This document shows, one piece after another, positions 29,171 through 40,484 of a DNA stretch of 64,000 bases. Location: assembly GCA_963842085.1 (NCBI GenBank), contig CAWJET010000002.1:1536001-1600000 (forward strand). The letters are read 5' to 3'. The stretch is from an uncultured delta proteobacterium. GTDB taxonomy: Bacteria; Desulfobacterota; Binatia; Binatales; Binataceae. Position numbers and translations under genes: made by a program. The notes beneath the pieces are model-generated. The model had not been told where the DNA came from, made no database searches, and was given only the letters and a program-made list of their open reading frames with translations. Position 1 is the first letter of the stretch. The number at the start of each line of letters is the position of its first letter.

Positions 29171-30649
29171 ATGAACGCTGTAAGGTGGATGACTCTGAGG
29201 TTGGTACTCCTGTGCGGGGTTTTGTTTCTGACGGGCTGCTCGCCGACAGCCGAGCCTAAAGGCATCTGGGGCAAACTTTGGAAGATTGAAGTCGGGCCCG
29301 ATTACAAACGTCCAGAGGTCGCCCCGGCAGAAGAATTCCGCTCTCAGCTTGGTCCTTCGGAATCGGCTTCGCTCGCCGACTTGCCGTGGTGGAATGTCTT
29401 CAAAGACCAAGCCCTCCAGCAACTCATTGCCGAAGCGCTGGCACGGAACTATGACCTGCAACTTGCGGTCGCTCGGGTTGACCAGGCTAGCTCGATGGTC
29501 TGGGTAGCCGCCTCTCCGCTGTACCCGCATGCCGGCTATCAAGTGTTCGCAGGCCGTGAGAAGACCTTCGTTCCGCTGGAACAGGCAGGTGGAAATCTTA
29601 CCTTCAACGCCTTTGGAGGATTGCTTAACGCGGCCTGGGAGATCGACATCTGGGGCCGCATCCGGCGATCGACTGAGGCCGCGCGCGCGAATCTGTTCGC
29701 TCAAGAAGATGTCCGGCGCGGCGTGATGCTAACACTGGTAAGCGAAGTTGCGACCGGCTATTTCCGTCTGCGCGAACTGGATCGGGAGCTGGTTATCGCT
29801 CAAGATAGCTCGAACACTTACAAACAGACACTGGACCTGTTCACTCAGCGGTTTCAGTTTGGAAAGGACAGCAAGTTACCGGTAGCGCGTGCGCAGGCCT
29901 CCTACGACTTTAGCATCGCTAGCATCGCAAGCCTGAAGCGCGCCATTGTTCAACAGGAGAATGCGCTCAGTGTCCTTTTGGGTGTATACCCGCGAGACAT
30001 TGATCGGGGAGCTGATTTGACGGAGCAATTTATGCCAACCGCTCCGGTTGGGTTGACTACTGATTTGCTTCAACGCCGGCCTGATATAATGCAGGCGGAA
30101 CAAACCATGATCGGCGCCAATGCCGAGATCGGCGTCGCGGTGGCCAATTTCTTCCCCCGGATTGGCATCTCAGCCCTTTATGGGGGACAGAGCCCGAGCA
30201 TCGGCGATGTCTTCGAGTCAAGTTTCAGCATCTGGAACATCGCCGGGGGCTTCGCCGGTCCTCTTTTCCAAGGTGGCCAATTGATTGAGAGCTATTACGC
30301 GCAGCGAGCTTTCTGGAATGGGACAATCGCTCAATACCAGCAAACAATTCTTGTCGCGTTTCAGGGGGTGTCTGACGCCCTGATCGCACAGCAGACTCTG
30401 GTCGACCAACGAGCCGCTCAAACGCATCAGGTACAAGCCTTGAAAGAGGCTGTCGATCTGTCCCTCCTGCGTTACACGGCTGGACGCGCGAGCTACTTCG
30501 AAGTCCTGGAAGCTGAACAATTGCTCTTTCCGGCCGAAGACGCGCTCGCACAGACTCAACGTGATCAACTGCTTGCAGTCGTCGACCTGTACAAGGCGCT
30601 CGGTGGCGGATGGAACCTCAGCAATGCCGAGTGGAGCCACAAACAGTAA
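29171..30649 (+). CDS. NodT/OprM-family efflux outer-membrane lipoprotein
   Basis: lipobox [28 protein letters not shown]. Confidence 0.92.
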   Translation: MNAVRWMTLRLVLLCGVLFLTGCSPTAEPKGIWGKLWKIEVGPDYKRPEVAPAEEFRSQLGPSESASLADLPWWNVFKDQALQQLIAEALARNYDLQLAVARVDQASSMVWVAASPLYPHAGYQVFAGREKTFVPLEQAGGNLTFNAFGGLLNAAWEIDIWGRIRRSTEAARANLFAQEDVRRGVMLTLVSEVATGYFRLRELDRELVIAQDSSNTYKQTLDLFTQRFQFGKDSKLPVARAQASYDFSIASIASLKRAIVQQENALSVLLGVYPRDIDRGADLTEQFMPTAPVGLTTDLLQRRPDIMQAEQTMIGANAEIGVAVANFFPRIGISALYGGQSPSIGDVFESSFSIWNIAGGFAGPLFQGGQLIESYYAQRAFWNGTIAQYQQTILVAFQGVSDALIAQQTLVDQRAAQTHQVQALKEAVDLSLLRYTAGRASYFEVLEAEQLLFPAEDALAQTQRDQLLAVVDLYKALGGGWNLSNAEWSHKQ

Positions 30650-30910
30650 TTTCTGGAGGCTGAATCCTTTGTCACAAACCTCGAAAGCCAAACTCCCTCA
30701 AAAGCTCCCGGCTACTCTTTCAAAGAATCGACCTGCGAAGCTCAAGCGCAAGGACTTCGAAAAGCGACTTGAGAAACTTCAGGCCGAGCTAGTAAAGCTT
30801 CAGTTGTGGGTTCAGCACAAGGGTCTGAAGGTCGTAGTGATCTTTGAGGGCCGTGACGCTGCCGGAAAGGGAGGCGTCATTAAAAGAATTTTGGATAGGG
30901 TTAGCCCTAG

Positions 30911-32186
30911 CAGGCTGTGGAAAAACGAGGAGTTTTCCGCTCGATCGGATATAGTGGAGTAGGAAGAGGTTGTAGGAGGAGGTGACGGTGATGCGTGGGG
31001 TGGACCATCAGCAGAGCGGAATGTTCAGTTACATATCGGCGGAGCGGCGAGTACCCAAGGATCATCCGTTGCGAGCGATTCGGGTAATGGTGGACGCCGC
31101 CCTTAAGGAGTCGTCGTGGCGCTTCGACGCGGTCTACGCGAACTGCGGGCGGCCGTCGATCGCGCCCGAAAAGCTGCTGCGGGCGCTGCTCTTGCAGGTG
31201 CTCTACACGGTGCGCAGTGAGCGACTTTTGATGGAGCAGCTCGATTACAACTTCCTGTTTCGCTGGTTTGTGGGGCTCAACATCGACGACCCAGTATGGG
31301 ACGTGACCGTCTTCACCAAGAACCGCGAGCGCTTGCTGGTGGCCGAGGTAGCGCAGGGCTTTTTCAACGCAGTGCTCGAGCAAGCGCGTGCCCAAGACCT
31401 GCTCTCCAACGAGCATTTTACCGTCGACGGCACCCTGATCGAGGCCTGGGCCGGACACAAGAGTTTCAAGCGCAAAGGAGACGACCAGCAAACCCCGCCC
31501 GATGATCCCGGTAACCCGAGCGTGGACTTCCATGGTGAGCGACGCACCAACGCCACGCACCAATCGACCACCGATCCCCAGGCACGGCTGGCCCGCAAAG
31601 GGTCGGGCAAAGAGGCCAAGCTCTGTTACGCCGGGCACGTGCAGATGGACAATCGCCATGGCTTGGTGGTCAACACCCGGCTGACTCAGGCCAGCGGCAG
31701 CGCCGAACCCGAGGCGGCCCTCGCGATGGCGGCCCAGATCGCGGGCCAGCATCGAGTCACGCTGGGCGCCGATAAGGGTTACGATCAGAAGGAATTGGTG
31801 CGTGAGTTGCGCGCGCATCAGGTTACTCCGCACGTCGCGCGCAAAGTGCACAGCGCCATCGACCACCGCACAACTCGCCATCCGGGTTACGCCATCAGTC
31901 AGATCAAGCGCAAACGGGTGGAAGAGATCTTCGGTTGGATGAAGACCATCGGCGGCTTGCGCAAAACCCGGCATCGGGGTGCCGCCCGGGTCGGTTGGGT
32001 GTTTACCTTCGCGGCCGCCGCCTACAACTTGGTGAGGATGCGCAACCTCTTGCCAATCGCCACCTGAAGCGAACACCAGAACCTGTCGGCGCTCCACTGC
32101 GCTGGCCCTTAGATGCTCGCTCAATAACACTAACAACTACCCGGAGTGGACAAATTCATAACTAACCGGACTTTTTCCGCAGCCTG
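30911..32186 (+). mobile_element. IS5-family insertion sequence, apparently intact
   Basis: TIRs CAGGCTGTGGAAAAA/TTTTTCCGCAGCCTG; flanking CTAG duplicated (30907-10, 32187-90). Confidence 0.95.
30982..32067 (+). CDS. IS5-family DDE transposase
   Basis: GRPSIAPEKLL, VDGTLIEAWA, GADKGYD, RKRVEEIFGW. Confidence 0.93.
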   Translation: MTVMRGVDHQQSGMFSYISAERRVPKDHPLRAIRVMVDAALKESSWRFDAVYANCGRPSIAPEKLLRALLLQVLYTVRSERLLMEQLDYNFLFRWFVGLNIDDPVWDVTVFTKNRERLLVAEVAQGFFNAVLEQARAQDLLSNEHFTVDGTLIEAWAGHKSFKRKGDDQQTPPDDPGNPSVDFHGERRTNATHQSTTDPQARLARKGSGKEAKLCYAGHVQMDNRHGLVVNTRLTQASGSAEPEAALAMAAQIAGQHRVTLGADKGYDQKELVRELRAHQVTPHVARKVHSAIDHRTTRHPGYAISQIKRKRVEEIFGWMKTIGGLRKTRHRGAARVGWVFTFAAAAYNLVRMRNLLPIAT

Positions 32187-32825
32187 CTAGAGTCTTCCGG
32201 CTCGTTGCGCTGCCGGCGCCGACCGAGCGCGAAAAATCACAGATGTACGTCCAACGGTACATTCCGCATCTACCAGCGGCAGGAGAAGTGGTCATCTTCG
32301 ATCGCAGTTGGTACAACCGTGCCGGCGTCGAAAGGATTATGGGATTCTGCCCGGAAAAAGAAGCAGTTCGCTTTCTCGAGATGTGCCCGGAGTTTGAACG
32401 CGCGGTGATTCAGAGTGGAATTGTACTTATTAAGTATTGGTTCGAGGTGAGTCAGCAGGAACAGACTAGCCGGTTCCTCGCTCGCATCAACGATGGGCGA
32501 AAAATTGGAAACTCAGCCCGATGGACCTCGAGTCACATAGGCGATGGTACGATTATTCCCGGGCGAGAGACGATATGATGCTTGCTACCGACACTCCATT
32601 TGCCCCCTGGTACATCGTTAACGCCGACGACAAACGGCGTGCTCGACTGAATTGCATATCTCATCTCCTGAGCTTGATCCCTTATGAGGAGACCACACGA
32701 GAACCGGTGAAGCTGCCAAAGAGGCAAAAGCCGCACGGTTATGCCGAGCCAAAGAATCGGCGATACAACATTGTACCCGACGTGTGTTGATGGCGATCTG
32801 CCGTTGGATTTCCGCGACAGTATCT

Positions 32826-32935
32826 CCGCAACGAAGGTCGGAAACCAGTCGAGTCCGGAGATGATCCCCGTTTCGACCGTGTCAGCGGGCACATGGCCGG
32901 GCCAGCGAATCATCGCGGGCGCGCGGAAACCTGTG
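32826..32935 (-). pseudogene. arylsulfatase internal fragment
   Basis: GFRAPAMIRWPGHVPA...GIISGLDWFPTFVA. Confidence 0.7.
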
Positions 32936-33085
32936 CTCCGCAAAATTATTCGGAGGGGCGGCCAATAACCTCGCATCGTGAGGTTTTTTGCATCGGGTGA
33001 GGTCCGGGCTGAACAGGCGCGGTCTTGCCTCGAGGCTTGTTCTACTCCTCCGGTCGGCGATGTGAGGTCGCCTCATGATCAACCG

Positions 33086-34282
33086 TGTGTGTGGCGAATT
33101 CCAATTCAGGCAGCAACTGGTGTCTGAAACAAGCCCTTGCAGTGCTGTCGCCAGCGATATGAGTCTAAGCGCACGTGCGGGGGCTGGAGTGCGCCACTCC
33201 GCTGCGCCGGCGTTACTCCTGCCAACCCCGTATGACAGCGATATTGGTTGTAGAACACCTGGTAGTCCTCGAGCTTCCCTTCGAGATCGGTCTGGCTCCA
33301 AAACCAGATCCGATCAAGATACTCGCGCCGGATTGTTCCGATCAGCCGCTCGACGAAAGCATGCGAACGGGGCGTTGCGGGAATGGTCTTGATCTCATCG
33401 ACTTCGAGCACCCGAAGGTTCGCTCGCCAGCGATGAAAGCGAAACAGCGGATCATGGTCCGAGGATAGATACCTGGGCATAGTCTGCCGGGCGATCGCGC
33501 GATTGAACATCCGGCAGACTCGGATGCCATCGAGATTGGCAGGCGCTACGCCGAAGCCGACGATCCGACGGGTGTATACGTCCATCACCACCATGACCCA
33601 ATAGCTCTTGAGCAAAAGTGATTCAGTGCGGAAGAGATCGACACTCCACAGACGGTCTCTGGCCTGTCCGATTACCGAGAGCCAGGACGGGCCACCGCCG
33701 TCAGGTCCCGGTCGATAGTATCGGATCAGAATACGCCGGACGACGTCCTTGTTGAGTCGATGCCAAAGGCATTCGAGATCTGCTCGGCGATCTTGCGGCA
33801 GCCGAAGTATGGGTTGCGCCGTTTCATGTCGACTACCGCGGCGATCAGCTCTCTGGACGGACCCTTGGGTCCGGGGCGACCGCATCGTCTGGAGCTGTAA
33901 AGCAGACGATATTTGCGCTTGACCAAAGCTTGATGAAGGCGCAGGAGGGTCGAGGTCTTCAGGATCACGGAGATTTTGCCCCAGCGTCTGGGCGACACCA
34001 GCAGCGTACAGAATCCAAGAATCACTCGATCCCACGCGGTCAGATTCGGACTCCGGCGCTGCGAGCGCTTCATGATCAGCAACTGGTGTTTGACGGCTAG
34101 CGATTCAGCCGCGACCGCCCGAACCCCGCCGGGACGGGCGAGCCGCGCGAGAGTGACCAGCAGGTGCGCGATCAGAATAAACAGCAACCTCATCGGGAAC
34201 CGAGCTTTAGCCCGTTCCGACCGTTCCGCAAGTCTGCACAGCAGCTCGGTCTTTCGTCAGAATTACCAATTCGCCACACACA
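33086..34282 (-). mobile_element. integrase-core (rve) IS-like element, frameshifted near 33755
   Basis: TIRs TGTGTGTGGCGAATT at both ends; ORF 34193-33106 with WSVDLF, SSDHD, AFVERLIGTIRREYLD. Confidence 0.85.
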
Positions 34283-34579
34283 GGTTGACACCCATACGGC
34301 GGTTGACAAGCGGCGGTTGACGGTCCGTCTCGGTTGACGGGACAATAATAAAACAATGTTCGGAAGAGTGCGTCTAACCGGCCGATGGTCTGGAAGCCGG
34401 CGAACTCTTCCATCATTCCTTTCACACCCGAAGAAGTCCTGCGAGTCGCTACTGCTCCATAGAACTGCTTTTTTGCGCAAGGGCCAATTGCAATGTCGTG
34501 ATTGCATCGGGCTGCGGTGAACGCCGTGCCTAGATTGCTCCTGTCGGCCCGATAGAAAGATACCATTGTTTCCTCTCGC

Positions 34580-35955
34580 TGGCCTGCTCCCCAATTTCCC
34601 GCCAGTTATAAGTAGAGTCCGCCGGTTATTTCGCCCCTCCTGGGGCGCGTCGTTGGTGGTTTTGGTTTCATGTTCATCCCAGTTTTTCCGGCCGCCCTTC
34701 ACTCTCTGAGGGCGGCCGAAAAACTGTCAGGTTTTGGATCCGAGGCCGGCGCGCCTTGCACCGCGCCGGCCAGCGCTTGGGCTGGCCAAGTGGTGCGCGC
34801 GATGGCCGAGCTCCCTTGATTCCTTGCCGCGAACTCCTCCAGCGCCAGGTAGCCGAGACTCGAGTGCGGGCGCAGATGGTTGTAGTCGTGCCGCCACGCC
34901 TCGATGATCGTGCGCGCTTCCCCGAGGCTGCTGAACACGTACTCGTTAAGGCACTCGTCGCGCAACTTGCTATTGAATGATTCGATGAAGGCGTTCTGCA
35001 CTGGTTTGCCCGGCTCGATGTAGTGCCACGCCACCCTGCTCGTTGCCCAGCGCAACACCGCACCACTAGTCAGTTCGGTTCCATTGTCGCTTACTACCGT
35101 CGCCGGTGTGGCTCGCTCGACCGCGAGCCTTCCAGTTCGCGCACCACGCGTACTCCGCCTAGCGAGGTGTCGACCACCGCCGCCAGGCACTCGCGGCTGA
35201 AGTCGTCGACGATGCACAGGATGCGGAAGCGGCGGCCGTCGCTCAAGGTGTCGGAGACGAAGTCGAGCGACCAGCGCTGGTTGATCGCACTCGGCAGGGT
35301 CATCGGTGCTCGCGTACCTAGTGCCCGCTTTCGCCCTCGACGCCGGCGCACCATCAGCCGCTCTTCCCGGTACAGTCGATAGAGCTTCTTGTGGTTCAGC
35401 GCGTGGCCTTCGCGCGCCAACATCCAGCCTAAGCGCCGGTACCCGAAGCGCCGCCGCTCCGCGGCCAGTTCCCGCAGTCGTTGCCTCAATGCCGAGTCGT
35501 CCGGTCGTCTGCACCGGTAGCGTAGAGTCGAACGATCCAACCCCACCAGCTCGCACGCGTGTCGCTGACTCAGCCCGTGACGCTCCATTACCCGATTCAC
35601 TGCTACTCGCCGCGCCGCGGGCTTCAGACGTTTTTTCCGAGCAGGTCCTTGAGCGCTGCGTTGTCCAACAGCGAGTCGGCCAACAGTCGCTTCAGGCGGC
35701 GGTTCTCATCCTCCAGCGCCTTCAGCCGCCTGGCGTCCGAGACCTCCAGCCCGCCGTACTTCGACTTCCACTTGTAAAAGGTCGCGCTCGAGATCCCGTG
35801 CCGCCGGCACACCTCTTCGGTCCTTGCCCCGGCCTCTTGCTCCCGCAGTACCCCGATGATCTGCTCCTCCGTGAAGCGGCTTCCTTTCATTGCCCGTCTC
35901 CTTTTCAGGCGACGGACTCTACCTCATTTCGGCGGAGTTTTCGGGGTGCAGGCCA
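34580..35955 (-). mobile_element. IS3-family (IS407-like) element
   Basis: TIRs TGGCCTGC(T/A)CCCC...GTAGAGTCCG; 4-bp TSD TCGC; orfA 35624-35890 ending at slippery GGAAAAAAC; orfB with an extra frameshift near 35130. Confidence 0.92.
35624..35890 (-). CDS. IS3 OrfA
   Basis: MKGSRFTEEQIIGVL...HGISSATFYKWKSKYGG. Confidence 0.9.
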   Translation of the reverse strand: MKGSRFTEEQIIGVLREQEAGARTEEVCRRHGISSATFYKWKSKYGGLEVSDARRLKALEDENRRLKRLLADSLLDNAALKDLLGKNV

Positions 35956-36043
35956 TCGCCACTGGAAGAGTCGAGCGAATCTGTATCGCAGCAAATCACC
36001 CAAGCCTTGAGGGATAGGTTGGCACCTCGCTTGCTGTTGCTTT

Positions 36044-36586
36044 CTAGGGCTGCGACTGGAACACCGCCTTCCCGGTCGTCAGATCGACCGGCACCGAAAC
36101 GTGCTCGTGCGCGATCAGCCACTCGCCTCCGAAATTCGCATAGCCATCGGTGACGCGAAAAATCATGTCGAGTTTCTTATCCTGCCGATTGGTGCAGCTG
36201 AAATGCTGGATGCTATGGCTGTAAGCGAATCGGTTGCCTCCATATGTCTCAAGTTCACTGATCTCAAAGTTTGGGTTGTCTTTGCACTCGGCTAGGAACT
36301 TCCTCCAATCTTCTTTGTAAGCTTTCCAGCCGGTGTACTCGCGCGGTGGAATAACATCAAAAACGACAAGGTTCTCGCTCACCGCGTAATGCGACATGAT
36401 CTTGTCGATGTCTTTGTCTCTCACAGCCCTTGCAAAACTATCTTCCAACGACCGGATCGCACCTTGCACATCAGTGGCTGACACTTCCGTGCGGCTCGCG
36501 AGTACCAATAGCAGGATGCCGATCACTGTCGCTACAATCTTTGCTATGAGTTTAGACACTTTAGCTCCTCCTCGCTTGAATGCCAT
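36044..36586 (-). CDS. secreted SnoaL/NTF2-like protein (paralogue of 11644-12171)
   Basis: FDVIPP, WLIAHEHVSVPVD; start may be the GTG after GGAGG. Confidence 0.85.
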   Translation of the reverse strand: MAFKRGGAKVSKLIAKIVATVIGILLLVLASRTEVSATDVQGAIRSLEDSFARAVRDKDIDKIMSHYAVSENLVVFDVIPPREYTGWKAYKEDWRKFLAECKDNPNFEISELETYGGNRFAYSHSIQHFSCTNRQDKKLDMIFRVTDGYANFGGEWLIAHEHVSVPVDLTTGKAVFQSQP

Positions 36587-36591
36587 TTCAT

Positions 36592-36699
36592 TCAGTCAAA
36601 CACGAGCCGCCTAGCTATTTCGACAGCTCTGTCGAGGGCGGCCGTTGAATTCTCGTCGAAGTCGATGGCACAGAGAATCGTTTTGCACGGAAAAGCCAT
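36592..36699 (-). pseudogene. universal stress protein N-terminal fragment
   Basis: MAFPCKTILCAIDFDENSTAALDRAVEIAR then stop; GAGG RBS. Confidence 0.7.
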
Positions 36700-36760
36700 C
36701 GTAAATTACCTCAGGTCCGGTCTTACCGTGATGGTTTAACCTTCGCCGGGCCCAAGCTCT

Positions 36761-37213
36761 CTATTTCTCCTGCATCGTCTCGATGTAACGGGCGAAAGCC
36801 TCGACACGCTTTCTCACTGCCGCATCACTCTGCGGCGAGAACTCTGCGCCCGGCTTCTGCATGGTAACGCCCCAGAAGGGCATCTGGATTCGCTCGTGCC
36901 CGGGAATGTCGCGGCGACCATCGATGACCTCAACCACCTGCTCAAAGGGAAATCGGCCACCGTTCTTCTTCGCAAGTTGCGTAATATCCGGCATTTTCGT
37001 CGACACGAGCAAGCCCGCATCTTCACCGTTGCCTTTGCCAGTGAGTCCGTGGCAATCCGCACAGCGTTGGTCGTAATCCTGTTTGGCAGACTGGGCTTTA
37101 GCCGGCCGCACTCCAGCGACTAGTATAAGGGCCAGGGAGAATGCGATCGCGAGCGTCGAAACGGCGCCCCGGTGAGCGCCACCCCGCAAAGATAAAATCG
37201 AGTTAGTCTTCAT
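36761..37213 (-). CDS. monoheme cytochrome c
   Basis: signal peptide, CADCH, PDITQL..NGGRFPF, MPFWG. Confidence 0.88.
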   Translation of the reverse strand: MKTNSILSLRGGAHRGAVSTLAIAFSLALILVAGVRPAKAQSAKQDYDQRCADCHGLTGKGNGEDAGLLVSTKMPDITQLAKKNGGRFPFEQVVEVIDGRRDIPGHERIQMPFWGVTMQKPGAEFSPQSDAAVRKRVEAFARYIETMQEK

Positions 37214-37247
37214 TCGGTGAGCTCTCCCGTCCGCTGAAATTCCGGAA

Positions 37248-38879
37248 TCACGATCGCCGGATCGGGTTCTCCATGGCGTTCCACCATCCTCCGCCGAGCG
37301 CGACCAGAAGTGCACCGGTGTCCTGAAAGCGTTGGCCCATCGCCTGAATATAGCCGAGTTGCGCTTGCTGAAATTGGTAGTCCGCGATCAGCACCTGCAG
37401 ATAATTCACCGTCCCCGCCTGGTAGTTCGCCGCTATCAAGTGCAACGCTTCCGCCGCTGCGCGGAGGGCGTGGGATTGCGCCTCGACCGTTTGAGCGTCG
37501 TGTTCTAGCAGGTTGCGGAAAAAGGGTTTTTGACTCCTGATGACATTGATCCAAGACGCATTCTCGTGATCGTAGTAATGCTTACTCTTCGCCGAAATCG
37601 TCTTTCATTGAGTTTTTCCGCAACCTGCTAGAGCATCAAGAGCATCTGCCACTTGCGCGAAGGCCGCAAGAACGGTCTGCCGATAGTTCGCGAGCGCCTG
37701 CCGATATGCGTCGATAGCGGCTTTCCGCTGATACCATAGAGTAGGTCCCTGAATCACAGGTGTGGCGAGACTGGCGCCGAGCGTCCAGAATGCCGCACTG
37801 CTTCCGAACAGGGTTGAGAGAGATGTGCTGTTCAATCCGTAGTTGGCATTCAGGGAGAAACTCGGAAACAGCGCTGCCGTCGCCACTCCGATCTGGGCGC
37901 TGGCGACATGGAGCTGTGCCTCAGCCACGAGGATATCCGGACGCTGCCGAACCAGATCGCTGGGCAGGCTGACGGGCACATCATCGGGAAGCGTCAGCTC
38001 AGCAAAAGTGACTCGCGGCGGCGCCCAATCGCCCGACTCCACGCCGGCCAACGTCGCGAGCAGGTGCCGTGTGTGCGCCAATTGCTGGCGAAGAGGCGGC
38101 ATCGTTGCTTGAGTCGTTGCCAGCTCGCTCTGAATGCTGAGTAGATTGGAGTAAGGAACGACACCAGCTTCGGCTTGCGCCCCCGTGATGCTGGTCTGCT
38201 CCCGCAGAAATCCGATGATCTGTTGCGTCGCGTCGATCTCGGCCTCGTACGCTGCCTCTGCTACGATCGCGTTGACGACGTTGCCCGACAAGGTGAGATA
38301 AGTGCCTTCGGCGGTGTAGTACTGGACATCTACCTGCGCACCAAGGCTTTCAACAGTGCGCCGCTCGCCGCCAAACACGTCGAGCACGTAGGTTGCAGTC
38401 GTTGAGAGCGTGTATAGACTGAAGATGCTGGTCTCGATGTTCTCACCGAAGCGCGCGGGCGAAAACTGTTGGCGCGTCGGCTGGAAGCCGGCACTAATCT
38501 GAGGGAAGAAGATTCCATAGCCCGCACGAAGATTATCCTGACTCTGGCGCAAGCTCGCTTGGGCGGCTTGCAGACTAGGGTTGTTGGCGATGGACTCCAT
38601 CACAACCGCGTCCAGCTTGGGGCAGTTGAATAGTCGCCACCAGTCCGCGGCGATTTCCGCACCGCGGCTGAAGTGCTGTACTGTTTCGTCTGCCGCGATC
38701 GTGCCTGTCGGGTCCTCCTGATAGTTGTACGTCATCGTCGGCCTGGGCGTGGGGGGACGCACGAAATTCGGACCGACTGCGCACGCCGCAAGGCCGCAGG
38801 AAAGCATCATCGCGCCGATAGCTATCGACAATCGAGGTTGGCAACTCGCGACGAAGCTATTTTTCCGCCACGTACACAT
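37248..38879 (-). pseudogene. NodT-family outer-membrane lipoprotein disrupted by a MITE
   Basis: LAAC lipobox, RQRPDI; frame DALDAL|EHDAQ...ALGGGWW is restored when 37509-37627 plus one CTAG is removed. Confidence 0.88.
37509..37627. mobile_element. 119-bp IS5-type MITE, copy 1
   Basis: perfect TIR CAGGTTGCGGAAAAA; CTAG duplicated. Confidence 0.93.
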
Positions 38880-39789
38880 CGACCAACTGACCCGGATAGA
38901 CCGGAAGTTTGTCCGATTTTGCGAAACGGAAGATCACCGGCAACACGCGTACATCGACTCTTTCGAGTCGCTCATCCGACAATTCAATCTTGGGCGACAC
39001 GTAAGGCTGCACTCTCACGTATTGGAGTGGAACGCTGATGTTGGTACCGCGAATGAACATACGGGCTTCCATCTGCGATCCCAGCTTGAGCCTGTGAACA
39101 AGGATTTCGTCGACATAACAACGTACGCTGACGTAGTCTTCTGATGATCCCATGACGATGATGGGGTCGAAGCTCTGCGTGTAAGTATCGTACGTGCCTT
39201 GGGAAGTAACCGCATAGCTGCCAACTGCCGCCCGAATCGCCAGAACCTTGCCATCGGCCGGCGCCTTGATAGCGTACCAGGCAAGGAGGGCCTTGGCCGA
39301 GTTATAGTTCTTCTCATTAACCTCGAGGTTGGCTTTCGCCACCTTGGCCGCGTTTATCGTGTCGTCCAGGGTGTACTTGCTTACCGACTTAGGCTCTAAC
39401 CGGTAGGAGTACTCCTGCTTCGCGAGTTCGTCCTGGGCGTTCTTGAGTTGCGCACGTGCGTACGCGACTTGGGCCTTGGAAGCCTCCACGGTCGCCTTCT
39501 GGACTGAGTCATCAAAGCGCACGAGGATGGTTCCCCTACGGACCAATTGGCCTTCTTGGACAGGAATGTCCACGATGGTGCCCGACACGTTTGGATAGAT
39601 ATTTATGTTGGCGCCGCTGTCCTGGTAGCTTTCGACGATGCCCTCGGCGTACACGCCCTTGGCGTAGGGATCGGTTGCAGGATTAAACGCCGGCGGCTGT
39701 GGAGCAGCATGTAACCCATACACGTAGGCTCCGATCAAGCCGATAGTCAGTCCAAAGAAAGCGAGCAGCAATTCAGGCCTGGGCTTCAT
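38857..39789 (-). CDS. HlyD-family periplasmic adaptor
   Basis: lipoyl-like VSGTIVDIPVQEGQ, IKAPADGKVL, ERVDVRVL, PGQLVDVY. Confidence 0.88.
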   Translation of the reverse strand: MKPRPELLLAFFGLTIGLIGAYVYGLHAAPQPPAFNPATDPYAKGVYAEGIVESYQDSGANINIYPNVSGTIVDIPVQEGQLVRRGTILVRFDDSVQKATVEASKAQVAYARAQLKNAQDELAKQEYSYRLEPKSVSKYTLDDTINAAKVAKANLEVNEKNYNSAKALLAWYAIKAPADGKVLAIRAAVGSYAVTSQGTYDTYTQSFDPIIVMGSSEDYVSVRCYVDEILVHRLKLGSQMEARMFIRGTNISVPLQYVRVQPYVSPKIELSDERLERVDVRVLPVIFRFAKSDKLPVYPGQLVDVYVAEK

Positions 39790-40483
39790 ACGCTGCTCCA
39801 TGCTCGAAACCGGTTATCCGACCGTCTTCCATTCCCATAATTCTATCGCTGTACTCAAAAATTCGGCTGTCGTGCGTGACGATCAGCAGGCAGTGCTCGG
39901 CCGTCAGGATGTTCTCCTTGACGAACGAAACGATCATGCGTCCGGTCTCTCCGTCGAGCGAGGCGGTCGGCTCATCGAAGACAAGGATCCGCGGTCGATG
40001 GACAATCGCGCGAGCGATTGCGACACGCTGCTGCTCTCCGCCACTGAGTTTGTTCGGCGGAAGCTCACCCTTGCCGCTTAGGCCTACGATTTCCAGACAT
40101 CGGTCGGCGGCATCCAGCGCCACTTTCCAGCTTCGCTTCTGCAGGATCAGCGGAATCGCCACGTTCTCCGCGGTCGTCAGGCGCGGGAACAGGTGATAGT
40201 CCTGAAATACAAACCCGATCGTATTCAGGCGGAAGTCAGCGATCTCATCGTCGGACAAGCTCCAGAGATCGCGCCCGTCGACCTCGACCGAACCGGAATT
40301 AGGTCGCAGAATTCCGGACAGCATACTGAGCAGCGTCGTCTTGCCGCTGCCCGAAGGCCCCACAACATACAACATCTCTCCCCAATAGGCCTCGAAACTC
40401 GCTTCTTTGACTGCGTAGGTTCGGGCCTCGCCTTCGCCGAACCATTTGTTGAGCTTATTCGCCACAATTGCCGCCCTGGGCAT
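39773..40483 (-). CDS. ABC transporter ATP-binding protein (DevA/LolD-like)
   Basis: GPSGSGKT, LSGGEQQR, DEPT, VTHD. Confidence 0.93.
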   Translation of the reverse strand: MPRAAIVANKLNKWFGEGEARTYAVKEASFEAYWGEMLYVVGPSGSGKTTLLSMLSGILRPNSGSVEVDGRDLWSLSDDEIADFRLNTIGFVFQDYHLFPRLTTAENVAIPLILQKRSWKVALDAADRCLEIVGLSGKGELPPNKLSGGEQQRVAIARAIVHRPRILVFDEPTASLDGETGRMIVSFVKENILTAEHCLLIVTHDSRIFEYSDRIMGMEDGRITGFEHGAAYEAQA

Positions 40484-40484
40484 G

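Larger units (their letters stand above)
30669..32790 (+). pseudogene. ppk2: polyphosphate kinase 2 interrupted by IS5 (plus a frameshift near 32505)
   Basis: [11 protein letters not shown] before the IS; RVFRLVALPAPTERE, FDRSWYNRAGVE, DDKRRARLNCI after it. Confidence 0.9.

Noticed and set aside
30907-32136. Long antisense ORFs (e.g. 30907-32136, 55817-57118, 11353-12165, 22191-23201)
   Set aside because: Shadow frames of motif-supported genes in GC-rich DNA
34283-34340. CRISPR array
   Set aside because: Repeat unit is only 7-11 bp with irregular short spacers; no cas genes
34680-34727. Strong hairpin CAGTTTTTCCGGCCGCCC...GGGCGGCCGAAAAACTG as an IS end or MITE
   Set aside because: It lies inside the IS3; the true end is at 34580, supported by the TIR and TSD
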